Positions 21,460-31,844 are shown, counted from the stretch's first letter. The stretch: DNA of 64,000 nucleotides from Candidatus Krumholzibacteriia bacterium (GCA_041484665.1 JBGPIA010000006.1:32001-96000), one strand, 5' to 3'. The notes: generated from the letters alone by a model not told the origin. Translations and numbers: made by a program.

Positions 21460-24192
21460 ATGAACGCCCTTCGCAATGCCATTCTCTTCGCCTTCGCCGC
21501 CGCAGGCATCCTGCTCTGCGCCACGGGTGACGCCGCAGCGGATGCCGTCGCCTGCGACGTCCCGATCATCGTGCAGCAGGGCAACGTCCCACCGAACGTC
21601 CTGATCATCATGGACGATTCGGGCTCGATGAACGAGGCGATGCTCCACGCGGCCTTCAACCCGGCCGTCGTGTACAGCGGAGCGTTTACCTCCGACCAGA
21701 CGTACTACATCAGCACGACGGGACTCTACAAGCCGAAGAGCTTCAAGAGCACCTGGCCCAACCTGCCGACCGCAACGCTGGTGGCGGGTGTCAATGGCGA
21801 GCAGGGCCGCTACCTCGGCAACTACCTGAACTGGATCTTCTACCACGCCACGGCCGCGCAGCGCCTCACCCTGCCCCTGCTCACGAAGTTCCACGCGGGA
21901 CGCGCCGCCGTGCAGACCTTGATCACCTCGGCGACGGGGCTGCGCTACGGGCTGATGGGCTTCAACGTCGACAACGGCGGGAAGCTCTACGCGGCTCCGG
22001 GAACGCCCACCGCGACGATCACCACCAAGCTGATGGCCATGGCCCCCGAGTCGTGGACACCCAGCGCCGAGACCATGATGACGGCGATGAGCTATTTCAA
22101 GGCGACCGGCGCCGGTGCCTGGATCACGGCCGCCTGCCAGTCGAACTTCATCATCTTCGTGACGGACGGCTACCCCACGCAGGACCTGAACGTGCCGGGC
22201 TATATCGACCACTTTCATGACAACCCTGGGACCTGCGCGTCGATTGGCGCGATTGATTACCCGGCGAGCAACAACTGCTCGAGTTGGCTCGACGACGCGG
22301 CCTACTACATGTCGCATACCGACATGCGCGCCGATCTCACGGGCAATCAGTATGTCTACACCTACACGATCGGCTTCGGCATCGACGCGCCCTTGCTGCT
22401 CTCGACTGCCCAGGCCGGCGGCGGAACGTACCAGGTCGCGTGGGATCTGCAGACGCTGGTCCAGACCCTCGGCACGGTGATCGGCGACATCGTACGGCGC
22501 ATCTCCTCGGGCGCAGCCGTGGCCGTGGTGTCCACCGAGCAGGGCAACGGCGACCGCCTCTACCGTGGTAAGTTCATGCCCGGGCTGTGGCGCGGATACC
22601 TCGAGTCCTACACCCTGCCGTACCACAACGGCGACAGCCCCGCGTGGGAAGCCGGATCTCTCCTGGAGCAGCGCAGCCCGGCGGCCCGCAATCTCCTCAC
22701 GATGCTCAGCAACGGAACCGCGGCGTCCTTCGACGCTACCCACGCCGCCGACCTCCAGAGCGACCTCGGCGCCGCCAACCAGACCGTCGCGGCCAACCTG
22801 ATCAACTGGGTGCGCGGCGAGAACGTGCTGGGATTGCGCAACCGGCAGGGTTGGAAACTGGGTGACCTGGTCTACTCGACGCCGCTGGTGGTCGGCGCTC
22901 CGTCGAGCTATTTCGTCACCTCCAGCTACCAGCAGTTCCTGCGCGACCACCAGGACCGCGCGCACACCGTCTACGTGGGCGCCAACGACGGCATGCTCCA
23001 CGCCTTCAACGGCGACACCGGCTCCGAGCTGTGGGGGTACGTGCCGCGGGGCGTGCTCTCCCACCTGTCGGCCCTGGCCGACACCAACTACTGCCACGTA
23101 TCGTTCGTCGACCTCAGCCCCTGCGCCTTCGACGTCAACTTCAACGGGACGTGGAAGACGGTGCTGGTGGGCGGGCTGCGCGCCGGCGGCAACTCGTACT
23201 TCGCCGTCGATGTCACGAGCCCCACGCAGCCGGAGATCCTGTGGGAGACGCCGATCGCGGCGATCAAGAGCTCCTTCACCGAGCCGGCCGTGATCCGCAA
23301 GCACAACGGGACGTATCTGTGGACCGGCAGCGGACCGGATGCGGCCGGTAACGCGCGCGCGGCCGTACTGAACATGGCCACGGGTGAGTACCTGGCGTCC
23401 CGGAACCTGAGCACCATCAACGCCGTGAACATGGGTGCGGGCGCGACCACCTACGACGCGGACTGGGACGGCATCACGGACTACATCTACCAGGGGGACC
23501 TGCAGGGCAACCTCTATCGCTTCGATGTGCGATCCGAGGTCGTGTCCGCATGGGTGGGCGCCGTCGTCTACGCGGGCTCGCAGCCCATCCAGACGCGGCC
23601 AGAGATCGCGCTGTCGTCCAGCAATACTCCGATGGTGTACTTCGGCACGGGCAAATATGTCGACGCGACCGACTTCACCACCACGGCGGTCCAGAGCTTC
23701 GTCTGCATCGCGGACGACGGCACGAAGTCCGGCCTCACCAAGGCCAACCTGGTGGACCAGTCGAGCACGATCCACGACCTGACCGGAAAGAGCGGCTGGT
23801 TCTTCAACCTCACCCGGGGGGACGGTGAGCGCGTGGTCGAGCCGGCGGCGGTCGTGGAGGGAGTCGTGTACTTCACCTCGTTCGCCCCGCGGTCGGCCGC
23901 GTGCAGCGGCGGCGGCAAGTCATGGCTCTACCACGTGGACTTCAAGGACGGCTCCAATCCCGACCACAACGGCAACGAGCAGCAGCAGACCGACCAGCGT
24001 GTGGAGGACCTCGGTGACGGCGTGGCGTCCAAGCCCGTGGTCAACCTGGGCGACGCCACGGTCATCGTCCAGACCAGCGACGCGCGCCTCAATCTGATGG
24101 ACTTGCGGACGCCGCCCCAGTGGATGAGCGTGCGCGCGTGGCGCGAGCTGTTCAACAACGCGAATCCCAATGCCGTGGTCAATGGCCAGTAA
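21460..24192 (+). CDS. pilY1: PilY1/PilC type IV pilus tip adhesin
   Basis: PPNVLIIMDDSGSM (vWA MIDAS-like), FVTDG, KLGDLVYSTP, YVGANDGMLHAF, DADWDGITDYIYQGDLQGNLYRFD, YFGTG, terminal WREL. Confidence 0.9.
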   Translation: MNALRNAILFAFAAAGILLCATGDAAADAVACDVPIIVQQGNVPPNVLIIMDDSGSMNEAMLHAAFNPAVVYSGAFTSDQTYYISTTGLYKPKSFKSTWPNLPTATLVAGVNGEQGRYLGNYLNWIFYHATAAQRLTLPLLTKFHAGRAAVQTLITSATGLRYGLMGFNVDNGGKLYAAPGTPTATITTKLMAMAPESWTPSAETMMTAMSYFKATGAGAWITAACQSNFIIFVTDGYPTQDLNVPGYIDHFHDNPGTCASIGAIDYPASNNCSSWLDDAAYYMSHTDMRADLTGNQYVYTYTIGFGIDAPLLLSTAQAGGGTYQVAWDLQTLVQTLGTVIGDIVRRISSGAAVAVVSTEQGNGDRLYRGKFMPGLWRGYLESYTLPYHNGDSPAWEAGSLLEQRSPAARNLLTMLSNGTAASFDATHAADLQSDLGAANQTVAANLINWVRGENVLGLRNRQGWKLGDLVYSTPLVVGAPSSYFVTSSYQQFLRDHQDRAHTVYVGANDGMLHAFNGDTGSELWGYVPRGVLSHLSALADTNYCHVSFVDLSPCAFDVNFNGTWKTVLVGGLRAGGNSYFAVDVTSPTQPEILWETPIAAIKSSFTEPAVIRKHNGTYLWTGSGPDAAGNARAAVLNMATGEYLASRNLSTINAVNMGAGATTYDADWDGITDYIYQGDLQGNLYRFDVRSEVVSAWVGAVVYAGSQPIQTRPEIALSSSNTPMVYFGTGKYVDATDFTTTAVQSFVCIADDGTKSGLTKANLVDQSSTIHDLTGKSGWFFNLTRGDGERVVEPAAVVEGVVYFTSFAPRSAACSGGGKSWLYHVDFKDGSNPDHNGNEQQQTDQRVEDLGDGVASKPVVNLGDATVIVQTSDARLNLMDLRTPPQWMSVRAWRELFNNANPNAVVNGQ

Positions 24193-24253
24193 CCCCCGTC
24201 GCGGATCGGTGCCGTCGGTCCCGGCGGACGCGATCGCGAAAATGGAGAACATC

Positions 24254-24799
24254 ATGACCGCCAACACGAACCACAACCCGGCCTTCCGCGCTCCGAGCGC
24301 GGCCAGCCGGCGCCTGGGGCTCGCGGCCCTCGCCTGTTGCGCGCTGGGCGCGAGCCTGACGGCGAACGCAGCGGCGCAGGAGCTGCGCATGGAGATGGTG
24401 CGCCCGGAGGCCGCAGCGAAGCATCAAGCGCGGGCCGGTCGAACCAGCGACTCCGACGCGAGCGCCATCGGGCAGATTGTCCAGCTGGAGGGTACGCTGA
24501 GCTACACGCGCGGTGTCGGGCTCACGCTCGATGACACCGTGATCGAGCTCGGCCGGCTGGCCTCCGTTGGCCTTGCCTCGGCGACGGGCCTGGATCGGCT
24601 CCCGGATCCCAGCGAGCTTGACGGCCGCAGCGTGACGGTGTTTGGGCGGCGCGTGGAGACCGGCGTACAGGCGACCCTGGTGATCGTGCACAGCGATACC
24701 GACCTGTCCGCGATGTCCACCTTGCGGACGCCGCCGCCGGGGATCCCCAGCACGGAGGATCCCAATGTGGGGGAGCTGAGCGATGGCGTTCCGCGGTAA
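24254..24799 (+). CDS. Hypothetical secreted protein (possible OB-fold/DUF5666-like)
   Basis: Signal peptide ending ANAAA; GGAG RBS; lies in the pilin operon and overlaps the next gene. Confidence 0.6.
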   Translation: MTANTNHNPAFRAPSAASRRLGLAALACCALGASLTANAAAQELRMEMVRPEAAAKHQARAGRTSDSDASAIGQIVQLEGTLSYTRGVGLTLDDTVIELGRLASVGLASATGLDRLPDPSELDGRSVTVFGRRVETGVQATLVIVHSDTDLSAMSTLRTPPPGIPSTEDPNVGELSDGVPR

Positions 24800-25778
24800 A
24801 CTGTCGGGGAAGCTGCTCACCGCAACGATCGCGCTGGCCCTGCTCGTGATCTTGGCCAGCGTCCTGTCCCGGACCCCAACCAGCCTCGGCGTGGGCCGTG
24901 GGCGCGGCGGGGCCCGTTCCGGCTCCGGAACCGCGAGCTCGACCGAGGCGGCCACGAGCGCCGCCTCGATCGTGCCCGCAACCGCCTACAGCTTCAGTGA
25001 GCTCAGCCTACAGCTCAACGCGCAGGCGCTTGCGTTGCCTGTGCAAGCCGGCGGGTCGCCCCCGAGCTCCACGCGGACCGTATGGAGCGTGAACGGGACC
25101 GACGTCGCCGAGGGCGGCAGTCTGGCGCCTCGGTGGTTCTCCCGTGGTGACGTCGTTTCCGCCCGCGTGGAGCGCGTGGGCCCGACCGGCACCCCGGCGT
25201 TGCTGGCGCAGGCGCAGACCAAGATCCTGAACTCGCCGCCAGACCTTCGCTCCGTCGAGATCCAGAGCGTTCCCGACTCCCCAGGCCAGGTCGAGGCCGT
25301 CGTCGATGCCGCTGACCCCGACGGCGATGCCGTCACCCTCTTGTTTGCGTGGTCGCTGGGCGGCAAGCCCATCCCAGACGCCGCCGGGAAGACCATGTCG
25401 GTGCAGGAGCTGAAGCGCGGCGAGACGCTCATGGTGAGCGTGACCGCCAGCGACGGCGTCGATGCGTCGCGGCAGCTGCGCAGCGCCCCCTACAGCTTCG
25501 AGAACCACCCGCCGGTGCTCAACGTGGTCGACAAGGCCAAGGTTGCCCGGTCCCAGGATGGCTCCGCCACGGTCACCTTCCAGCTTCAGGTGTCCGATGC
25601 CGACGGCGATCCGGTCGCGATCGACTTCCCCGACGCGCCAGGCGGAGTCGCGTGGGACGCGCAGAACCAGTCCGTCATCTGGACCGCGGCCAAGGACGAG
25701 ACGAAGATCGCGGTGGTCGTGCGCGCCCGAGACGGCAAGGGCGGCGAATCCCAGCGCAAGCTCGAGCTGTCGCTCTAG
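24783..25778 (+). CDS. Membrane-anchored Ig/cadherin-like repeat protein
   Basis: N-terminal TM; NSPP..AADPDGD..W, VTASDG, NHPP..VSDADGD, ARDGKGG. Confidence 0.75.
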   Translation: MAFRGKLSGKLLTATIALALLVILASVLSRTPTSLGVGRGRGGARSGSGTASSTEAATSAASIVPATAYSFSELSLQLNAQALALPVQAGGSPPSSTRTVWSVNGTDVAEGGSLAPRWFSRGDVVSARVERVGPTGTPALLAQAQTKILNSPPDLRSVEIQSVPDSPGQVEAVVDAADPDGDAVTLLFAWSLGGKPIPDAAGKTMSVQELKRGETLMVSVTASDGVDASRQLRSAPYSFENHPPVLNVVDKAKVARSQDGSATVTFQLQVSDADGDPVAIDFPDAPGGVAWDAQNQSVIWTAAKDETKIAVVVRARDGKGGESQRKLELSL

Positions 25779-25787
25779 AGCGGTCGC

Positions 25788-25832
25788 CGCGGCCAGCGCG
25801 GCCAGCGCAGCGTGCCCAGCGCGCCCAGCGTG
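25788..25832. repeat. 9-bp degenerate tandem repeat (GCCAGCGCG/CCCAGCGYG)
   Basis: Seen immediately after the stop codon at 25778. Confidence 0.6.
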
Positions 25833-25905
25833 CGGCGGCGCAACCGCCAACCCCCCAAGACCCCCTCGCCTGCGCTCGGCGCCCACGAGCGCTCTCCCAT
25901 CGAGC

Positions 25906-26209
25906 GCCCGCTCCCGCTGCCCCCGGTCTGGCGCAGTCTCCCCCGCGACGTCCTCGCCCCGCGGCGACTTGCTTTTGGCAGCACAACGCTGACGGCCCCC
26001 GGCTCCGCACGGTCTGCGAGCGACACTCCGCAGCCCGCCGGCCGATTCCTGGATTCATCGGCCGGCGGGCGAGGACCGTCGCGAGTGGACCGTGCGGAGC
26101 CCGGGGCCTGTGCACGGCGTGCCTCTGCGAAGCGTAGGCCGCGGGGCTGCGGAGTGTCGCGGGGGAGACTGCGCCGGACCGGGGGCGCCGGCGGAGCGGC
26201 GGAGCGGGC
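25906..26209. repeat. About 300-bp nested imperfect palindrome (MITE/REPIN-like) between convergent genes
   Basis: Paired arms 25919-25949/26156-26186 (30 of 31), 25956-25965/26138-26147, 25994-26014/26088-26108 (20 of 21), 26033-26046/26057-26070 (14 of 14). Confidence 0.85.
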
Positions 26210-26300
26210 TTGCGGTCGGGGGCGCGCAGCGCGGACCGGGGAGACTGACGGGGGTGGGCGGCGCCGCGGTCGGCGCGGGGGCCCGCCAGGCGGGCGAGCG

Positions 26301-27122
26301 TCACCAGGCGATCGGACACCCGTGGGCGTCGACGGACCGGCCGCGCGGCGTGTTGGGGCACAGGTCCAGCGCGTCGGCGACCCCGTCGCCGTCGGCATCG
26401 AGGGCGCATCCCTGCGGGTCGACCGCGAGCCCGGCCGCAGTCCCCGGGCAGCGATCGATCCCGTCGAGCACCGCGTCCCCGTCCGCGTCGTACGGGCAGC
26501 CACGCGCGTCGACGGCCGCGCCCGCCGGCGTGTCGGCACAACGGTCGCGCATGTTGGTGACGCCATCGCCGTCATCGTCGGCGTCGCTCCCGAAGGCCAG
26601 CGTGACACCCCCCGAGAGCAGCAGGGTGTGGCTGGGCTCGCCCGCGAACGTCGCCTGCTGGTGGCGCAGCTCCAGACGAGCGGCAACGCGACGCGATAGA
26701 TTGAAGCGCGCGCCGAGGCCGGCTCCAACCGAGATCGACCGCTCGGTAGGCTCGATCGCCTCGGTGAGCCAGGCGATGCCGATGTCTCCCGTCGCAAAGA
26801 TCGACGCGCGACTCACGGGAAGGAAATCGAGGACACCGCCCACTCCGGCGAAGTAGTAGCGCCGGGTCATCAGGGGTGACGTGCTGCGGTAGGTCGTCAC
26901 GTGGTCGAGGATCGCCTCTACCCCCCGGGAGGGGTCGGGATGGAAGCCGATGCGAGCGTCGTAGACGGTACGATCGTGGACGCCCAGGTGGTCCTGGAAG
27001 AAGGTCCAGCCGTTGCCGTAGCTGACGCGCCATTGGCGGCCGTCGATCTGGGCGGCGGCGGTTCCCGCGGCCAGTAGGCACGCGCTGAGGCAGCCCAGGA
27101 GGAATGCGGCCGGACGGCGCAC
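26301..27122 (-). CDS. OmpA/OprF-like outer-membrane beta-barrel with three TSP3-like repeats and no OmpA C-terminal domain
   Basis: Signal peptide, barrel strands (FATGDIG, VGAGLGARF, LSGGVTLAFG), three D.DGDGV.D..D.CP.TP.G..VD..GC repeats, then a stop. Confidence 0.75.
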   Translation of the reverse strand: MRRPAAFLLGCLSACLLAAGTAAAQIDGRQWRVSYGNGWTFFQDHLGVHDRTVYDARIGFHPDPSRGVEAILDHVTTYRSTSPLMTRRYYFAGVGGVLDFLPVSRASIFATGDIGIAWLTEAIEPTERSISVGAGLGARFNLSRRVAARLELRHQQATFAGEPSHTLLLSGGVTLAFGSDADDDGDGVTNMRDRCADTPAGAAVDARGCPYDADGDAVLDGIDRCPGTAAGLAVDPQGCALDADGDGVADALDLCPNTPRGRSVDAHGCPIAW

Positions 27123-27305
27123 GGTGGGGCAGCCTCGCGCTTGCGCGGATGCGTGGGCAGCCCCGAACTGGGTCCGGCTCTCGATTCCGTGCGCGCCGTC
27201 GATGGGGGGCATCTCGTTCCCGGCAGGGTAGGCAGCCGCTGGTCAGGCGGGCCGCGCTGGAGCGGCGACCGTGACCGCCCCGCCCGGATCCCGGGCAACC
27301 CCAGC

Positions 27306-28424
27306 CTACGCCAGAACCGTGCCGCCGCCGGGCCCGCCCGGCTGCGCCTCCGCAGAGCGGGCGCGCGGCACAGTGCCGCGGGATGCCTTCCCGCGGGTCC
27401 GCGTTCCCTGCGGTTCCTTCCCCGCCGCCGTCGGCGGAGCGGGCGCGCCGATGAAGGTGTGCGCCACGGCGCTCTGGTGGATGGCGCGCACGGCGTCCTC
27501 GCCGATCTGCTGCGCGACCCACGCACTCTCGCGGTTTTGATCGGTGTTGCTCACGGTCGTATTGTCGGTGCAAATCGCGACGGGAATGCCGTGCTCCAGG
27601 AAGCTCACGATGGGGTGGGGCTGGCCGCGTCGCACCGCCCCGGTCTGGTAGTTGGAGGTGGGAGCACATTCCACGACGATCCTGTCGCGCGCCAGGCGCC
27701 GCAGCAGCGCCTTGTCGCCCACGGCGCTGCAACCGTGCCCGATGCGCGTCACGCCCAGCTCGTCGATGGCCTGCCAGATGAACTGCGAGTCCTCGTCCTC
27801 GCCGGCGTGCGCCGTGAGCCCCAGGCCACCCCGGCGGGCGATCTCGTAGGCGCTGGCGAACAGCCGCGGCGGGTTGCCGCGCTCGGCACCGGCGATGTCG
27901 AATCCGATCACCCCGCTGCGCCGGTGCAGGTGTTGTGACTCGCCGGCCCCTGCGCGCGCCAGGATCTTGGCGACGTGCGGACCGTGCTGGCGCATGGCGA
28001 TGATGATGAGCCCGACCTGCAGGTCGTACCGGCTGGCGGCGCGGTTGAGGCCCGAAAGCACCGAGCGGATCGCCTGTCGCACCGTGAGTCCAGCGTAGGT
28101 GTGGATGATCGGAGCGTAGCGCAGCTCGAGGACCCTCACGCCGTTGCGCGCTGCCTGCGTCGCGATGGCCTCGGCCACGGGGACGATGTTCTCGTAGAAC
28201 TGCGTGATCCACATCGGATAGTGGAACTTGTCCAGGTAGCTCAGCAGCGAGCCCTCCTCTGTGGGCTGCAGCTGCAGGAGCTTGCGCATTTCCGGCAAGG
28301 TCTCCACCGGATTGAGCCGGTAGCGCTTCATGATCCGCCAGGTGACGCCGGGCGGGATGGAGCCATCGAGGTGCTGGTGCAGCTCGACCTTGGGAATGCT
28401 GCGGATCGAGGCCGGGATTCGCAT
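27306..28424 (-). CDS. add: Adenosine/adenine deaminase family amidohydrolase
   Basis: PKVELHQHLDGS, ELRYAP, GFDIAGAE, TAHAGE, RIGHG, CAPTSN, CTDN. Confidence 0.88.
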   Translation of the reverse strand: MRIPASIRSIPKVELHQHLDGSIPPGVTWRIMKRYRLNPVETLPEMRKLLQLQPTEEGSLLSYLDKFHYPMWITQFYENIVPVAEAIATQAARNGVRVLELRYAPIIHTYAGLTVRQAIRSVLSGLNRAASRYDLQVGLIIIAMRQHGPHVAKILARAGAGESQHLHRRSGVIGFDIAGAERGNPPRLFASAYEIARRGGLGLTAHAGEDEDSQFIWQAIDELGVTRIGHGCSAVGDKALLRRLARDRIVVECAPTSNYQTGAVRRGQPHPIVSFLEHGIPVAICTDNTTVSNTDQNRESAWVAQQIGEDAVRAIHQSAVAHTFIGAPAPPTAAGKEPQGTRTRGKASRGTVPRARSAEAQPGGPGGGTVLA

Positions 28425-28511
28425 GTTGGCGGTGCAGTCTACGCGATCCGTGGACATCCTGCCAGGTCCCGCTCCCCCATCCCGTGGTTGGAGACCGAGC
28501 TTTGGGGCAGT

Positions 28512-30917
28512 CTACAGGGCGTTTCCTTCGAACCGGAATCTCCGCAGCGCCAGGCTGTTGGTCAGCACCGAGACGCTGCTCATGGCCATGGCTGCCGCTG
28601 CGATCATCGGGTTGAGCTGCAAGCCCAGCACTGGATACAGCACACCCGCCGCAATGGGGATTCCCAGCACGTTGTAGCAGAACGCCCAGAAGAGATTCTG
28701 GCGGATGGTGGCCAGCGTGCGGCGACTGAGTTGGATCGCCGTCGCCACGCTGCGCAGGTCGCCACGGATCAGCGTGATGTCACTGGCCTCGATGGCCACG
28801 TCGGTACCCGTGCCGAGGGCAATGCCAACATCGGCCGCGGCGAGCGCCGGCGCGTCGTTGATGCCGTCGCCCACCATTGCCACCTTGCGCCCCGACTGCT
28901 GCAGCTCGCGCACGCGCGCCGCCTTCTGCTCGGGGAGCACCTCGGCCAGCACGTCGCCCCCCGCGATGCCGACCTGGCGTGCGATGGCCTCGGCGGTGCG
29001 GCGGTTGTCGCCCGTGATCATCATCACGCGCAAGCCCAGCTCCTTCAGCGCCGCGACCGCCTCGCCCGCCCCCGTCCGGGGAACGTCCGCCACGGCGAGC
29101 GCTCCGGCCGGCGTACCATCCACGGCGACGAGCAACGTCGTCTTGCCCTCCACCGCCAGCCGCTCGGCCGCGCCGCGCGCGCGCTCCAGGGCGGCTCCGA
29201 CAGCGCCGTCCTCCTGCAGCAGCCTCAGGCTGCCGACGGCGATCCCCAGCGCTTCCGGCGGGTCAGCCCGTACGACTGCGCGCACCCCCTGCCCCGCCAC
29301 GGCCTCGAATCGCTCCGGCTCGCGCAGTGCGATGCCGCGCGCCCGCGCCGCGCGCACGAGCGCCTGGCCGACCGGGTGCTCGCTGGGGATCTCGGCACTG
29401 GCCGCCAGCCGCAGCACCTCCTCGGCGCCGCGGCCGTCGAGGGGAACGAGGTCGGTCAGCTCGGGCTTACCGACGGTGAGCGTGCCCGTCTTGTCCAGCA
29501 CGATCACGTCCAGGTCGCGGATGCGCTCGAGGCTCTCGCCGCCGCGGATCAGGATCCCGTGCTCCGCGCCTACGCCGGTGCCGACCATGATCGCGGCAGG
29601 CGTGGCCAGGCCCAGCGCGCACGGGCACGCAATGATCAGCACGCCCACCAGGCTCACCAGGGCGTGCGTGAGCCGCGGTTGGGGCCCTACCAGCATCCAC
29701 ACGGCGAACGTCACCAGCGCGATGACGAGCACCGTGGGCACGAACACCGCGGCAATCCGGTCGGCCAGCCGCTGAACCGGCGCTTTGCTTCCTTGCGCCT
29801 CCTGCACCAGGCGCACGATCTGGGCGAGCGTGGTCTGCGCCCCGACCCGCGTGGCGCGCACCTTCAGCCAGCCTGACGCGTTGAGCGTGGCGCCGAACAC
29901 GCGGTCGCCCTGCGCCTTTTCCACTGGGACGCTCTCGCCGCTGAGCATCGACTCGTCCACGGCGCTCTGCCCGTCCTCCACCACGCCGTCGGTTGGGATC
30001 TGCTCGCCGGGGCGCACGACGAGCAGGTCGCCAACGGCCACCCGCTCGACTTGGATCTCCGTCTCTTGTCCGTCGCGCAGGACCCGGGCGATCTTGGGGC
30101 GCAGTCCCATGAGCTTGCGAATGGCCTCGCCGGTGCGCCCGCGCGCGCGGGCCTCGAGCATCCGGCCGAACAGGATCAGCGTGATGATCACTGCGGCGGT
30201 GTCGTAGTAGGGGTGCGCGTGGCGTTGGCGGTCCGCGTGGCTGCTCGCGGCCTGGCCGGGATCCAGCTGGCCGGTGGTCACCCGGCCTGCGCCCTGCGCA
30301 CCCGTTCCTGCGTCGGACCGCAGCCAAGTGGGCGCGGCTGTCACTACCAGGCTGTACACGAATGCCGCGCCCGTGCCCAGCGCGATGAGCGTGTTCATGT
30401 CGGCGGTGCGCCGGCGCAGAGCCACCCACGCGCCGGTGAAGAAGCCGCGCCCGGCCCAGAACATCACCGGAAGGGTGAGCGCGAGGAGGATCCAGGAGCG
30501 CGTGGAAGCGGGGAGCGCGGCGCGATTCGCCAGGCGCAGGCCGACCATGTCAGGGAGCGACAGCAGCAGGATCACCGCGCTGAGCGTGGCGCTCACGATC
30601 AGGCGCCGGCGCAGTTGTGCGATCTCACGCTCGCGCCCCGCGCCCGGCGGCGGCGGTCCTGCGTGCACGGCCGCGTCTGCCGGCGCCTTGTACCCGGCCT
30701 TCTCCACGGCGCCACGCAGCGCGTCAACGCTTGCTCGCTCCGGCAGGTAGTCCACGGTCGCCTGCTCGGCAGCGAGGTTCACCGACGCGGCGAGGACCCC
30801 CGGCACCGCGGAGAGCGCCTTCTCCACGGTGCTCACGCACGAGGCGCAGTGCATGCCATCGATGGGGAGGATGATCCGGGTCGGATCGCTGGTCTGGCTC
30901 GAAGCGGCCGGTGCCAT
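28512..30917 (-). CDS. copA: Cu(I)-translocating P1B-type ATPase
   Basis: [48 protein letters not shown]. Confidence 0.95.
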   Translation of the reverse strand: MAPAASSQTSDPTRIILPIDGMHCASCVSTVEKALSAVPGVLAASVNLAAEQATVDYLPERASVDALRGAVEKAGYKAPADAAVHAGPPPPGAGREREIAQLRRRLIVSATLSAVILLLSLPDMVGLRLANRAALPASTRSWILLALTLPVMFWAGRGFFTGAWVALRRRTADMNTLIALGTGAAFVYSLVVTAAPTWLRSDAGTGAQGAGRVTTGQLDPGQAASSHADRQRHAHPYYDTAAVIITLILFGRMLEARARGRTGEAIRKLMGLRPKIARVLRDGQETEIQVERVAVGDLLVVRPGEQIPTDGVVEDGQSAVDESMLSGESVPVEKAQGDRVFGATLNASGWLKVRATRVGAQTTLAQIVRLVQEAQGSKAPVQRLADRIAAVFVPTVLVIALVTFAVWMLVGPQPRLTHALVSLVGVLIIACPCALGLATPAAIMVGTGVGAEHGILIRGGESLERIRDLDVIVLDKTGTLTVGKPELTDLVPLDGRGAEEVLRLAASAEIPSEHPVGQALVRAARARGIALREPERFEAVAGQGVRAVVRADPPEALGIAVGSLRLLQEDGAVGAALERARGAAERLAVEGKTTLLVAVDGTPAGALAVADVPRTGAGEAVAALKELGLRVMMITGDNRRTAEAIARQVGIAGGDVLAEVLPEQKAARVRELQQSGRKVAMVGDGINDAPALAAADVGIALGTGTDVAIEASDITLIRGDLRSVATAIQLSRRTLATIRQNLFWAFCYNVLGIPIAAGVLYPVLGLQLNPMIAAAAMAMSSVSVLTNSLALRRFRFEGNAL

Positions 30918-31183
30918 GGCGCGTCCTGTGGTGCGTAGGCCGACCCTACGGGGAAGCTGCAGTCGACGCTGTTTGCCGTCACGCTAGTGCGGGGGCGCGC
31001 CGGAGGCAAACCGGGCGCGAGCCGGAGGCAAATCCGGCGCGCGCGCGCTCGCAAGGGCAGCGCCGCGAGCCTGCCGTGCGGCAGGCCGACAGGCCGGCAG
31101 GCCGGCCGGGGCCCGCCGATGCGTGCAACCGGAAGCCGGTGGCCCACGTCGAACTGGTAACCCAGGAGAAGAAAGGTGTACCC

Positions 31184-31729
31184 ATGAGCACGAGGATCCC
31201 ACGACCACTGACCTTCGCCGCCAGCGCGGCAGCGGTGCTGCTGGTGACCCCGGGGGGGCTGCGGGCCCAAGACGACCCCAACCGCAGCATCCTCGACCAG
31301 GTCCGCAGGGCCGACTCCGCCATGGCGCAGGCGGTGGCCGAGCGCGACGTGGAGCGATTCGCCCGCTTCATCGACGACGACGCGACCTTTTTCGGCCGCC
31401 GCGTCAGCCGCGGGCGCGACGAGGTCGTCAAGGCTTGGGAGCCGCTCTTCACCGATCCGAACGTGTCGCTGAACTGGTGGCCCGAGCGGGTCGAAGCCTG
31501 CTCCGCCGGGGACATGGCCTTCACCATCGGCCACTACGAGCGCAAGGTCGTCAACGAGAAGGGCGAGGCAGAGATCGGCCAGGGCACCTACGTCACCATC
31601 TGGCACCAGCGCGCCGGCGGAGTCTGGCAGGCAATGGTGGACATCGGGACACCGCCCAGCCCTCCGCCCTTGCCCACACCGGGGCCCGCGCCCGGGTCCG
31701 TGCAGGAGCCCAAGCCTGCCCAGCACTGA
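31184..31729 (+). CDS. Secreted NTF2-like (DUF4440/SnoaL) protein
   Basis: AVAERDVERFARF, LNWWPERV..AGDMAFTIG.Y, GTYVTIW..WQAMVDIG; AAAGGT RBS. Confidence 0.82.
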   Translation: MSTRIPRPLTFAASAAAVLLVTPGGLRAQDDPNRSILDQVRRADSAMAQAVAERDVERFARFIDDDATFFGRRVSRGRDEVVKAWEPLFTDPNVSLNWWPERVEACSAGDMAFTIGHYERKVVNEKGEAEIGQGTYVTIWHQRAGGVWQAMVDIGTPPSPPPLPTPGPAPGSVQEPKPAQH

Positions 31730-31768
31730 TCGCACGCATCCCTGCCAGTTGCTGCGAAGCGAGCGCCG

Positions 31769-31844
31769 CCACGATCGGCGGACGCTGCAACGATCGAGGG
31801 GCGCTGCCGCGATCGACGGTCGCTGCAACGATCGGCGGGCGCTG
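31769..31844. repeat. 4 x 19-bp tandem repeat, each unit containing CGATCG
   Basis: CCACGATCGGCGGACGCTG / CAACGATCGAGGGGCGCTG / CCGCGATCGACGGTCGCTG / CAACGATCGGCGGGCGCTG. Confidence 0.85.

Noticed and set aside
25976..25990. sigma54-like TGGCAGCACAACGC (also TGGCACTCCCGAGC near 53788)
   Set aside because: The GG-GC spacing is one base short of the required N10.
30920..30970. CueR/CsoR operator upstream of copA
   Set aside because: CTTCCCCGTAGGG gives only a half match, with no convincing -35/-10 at MerR spacing.
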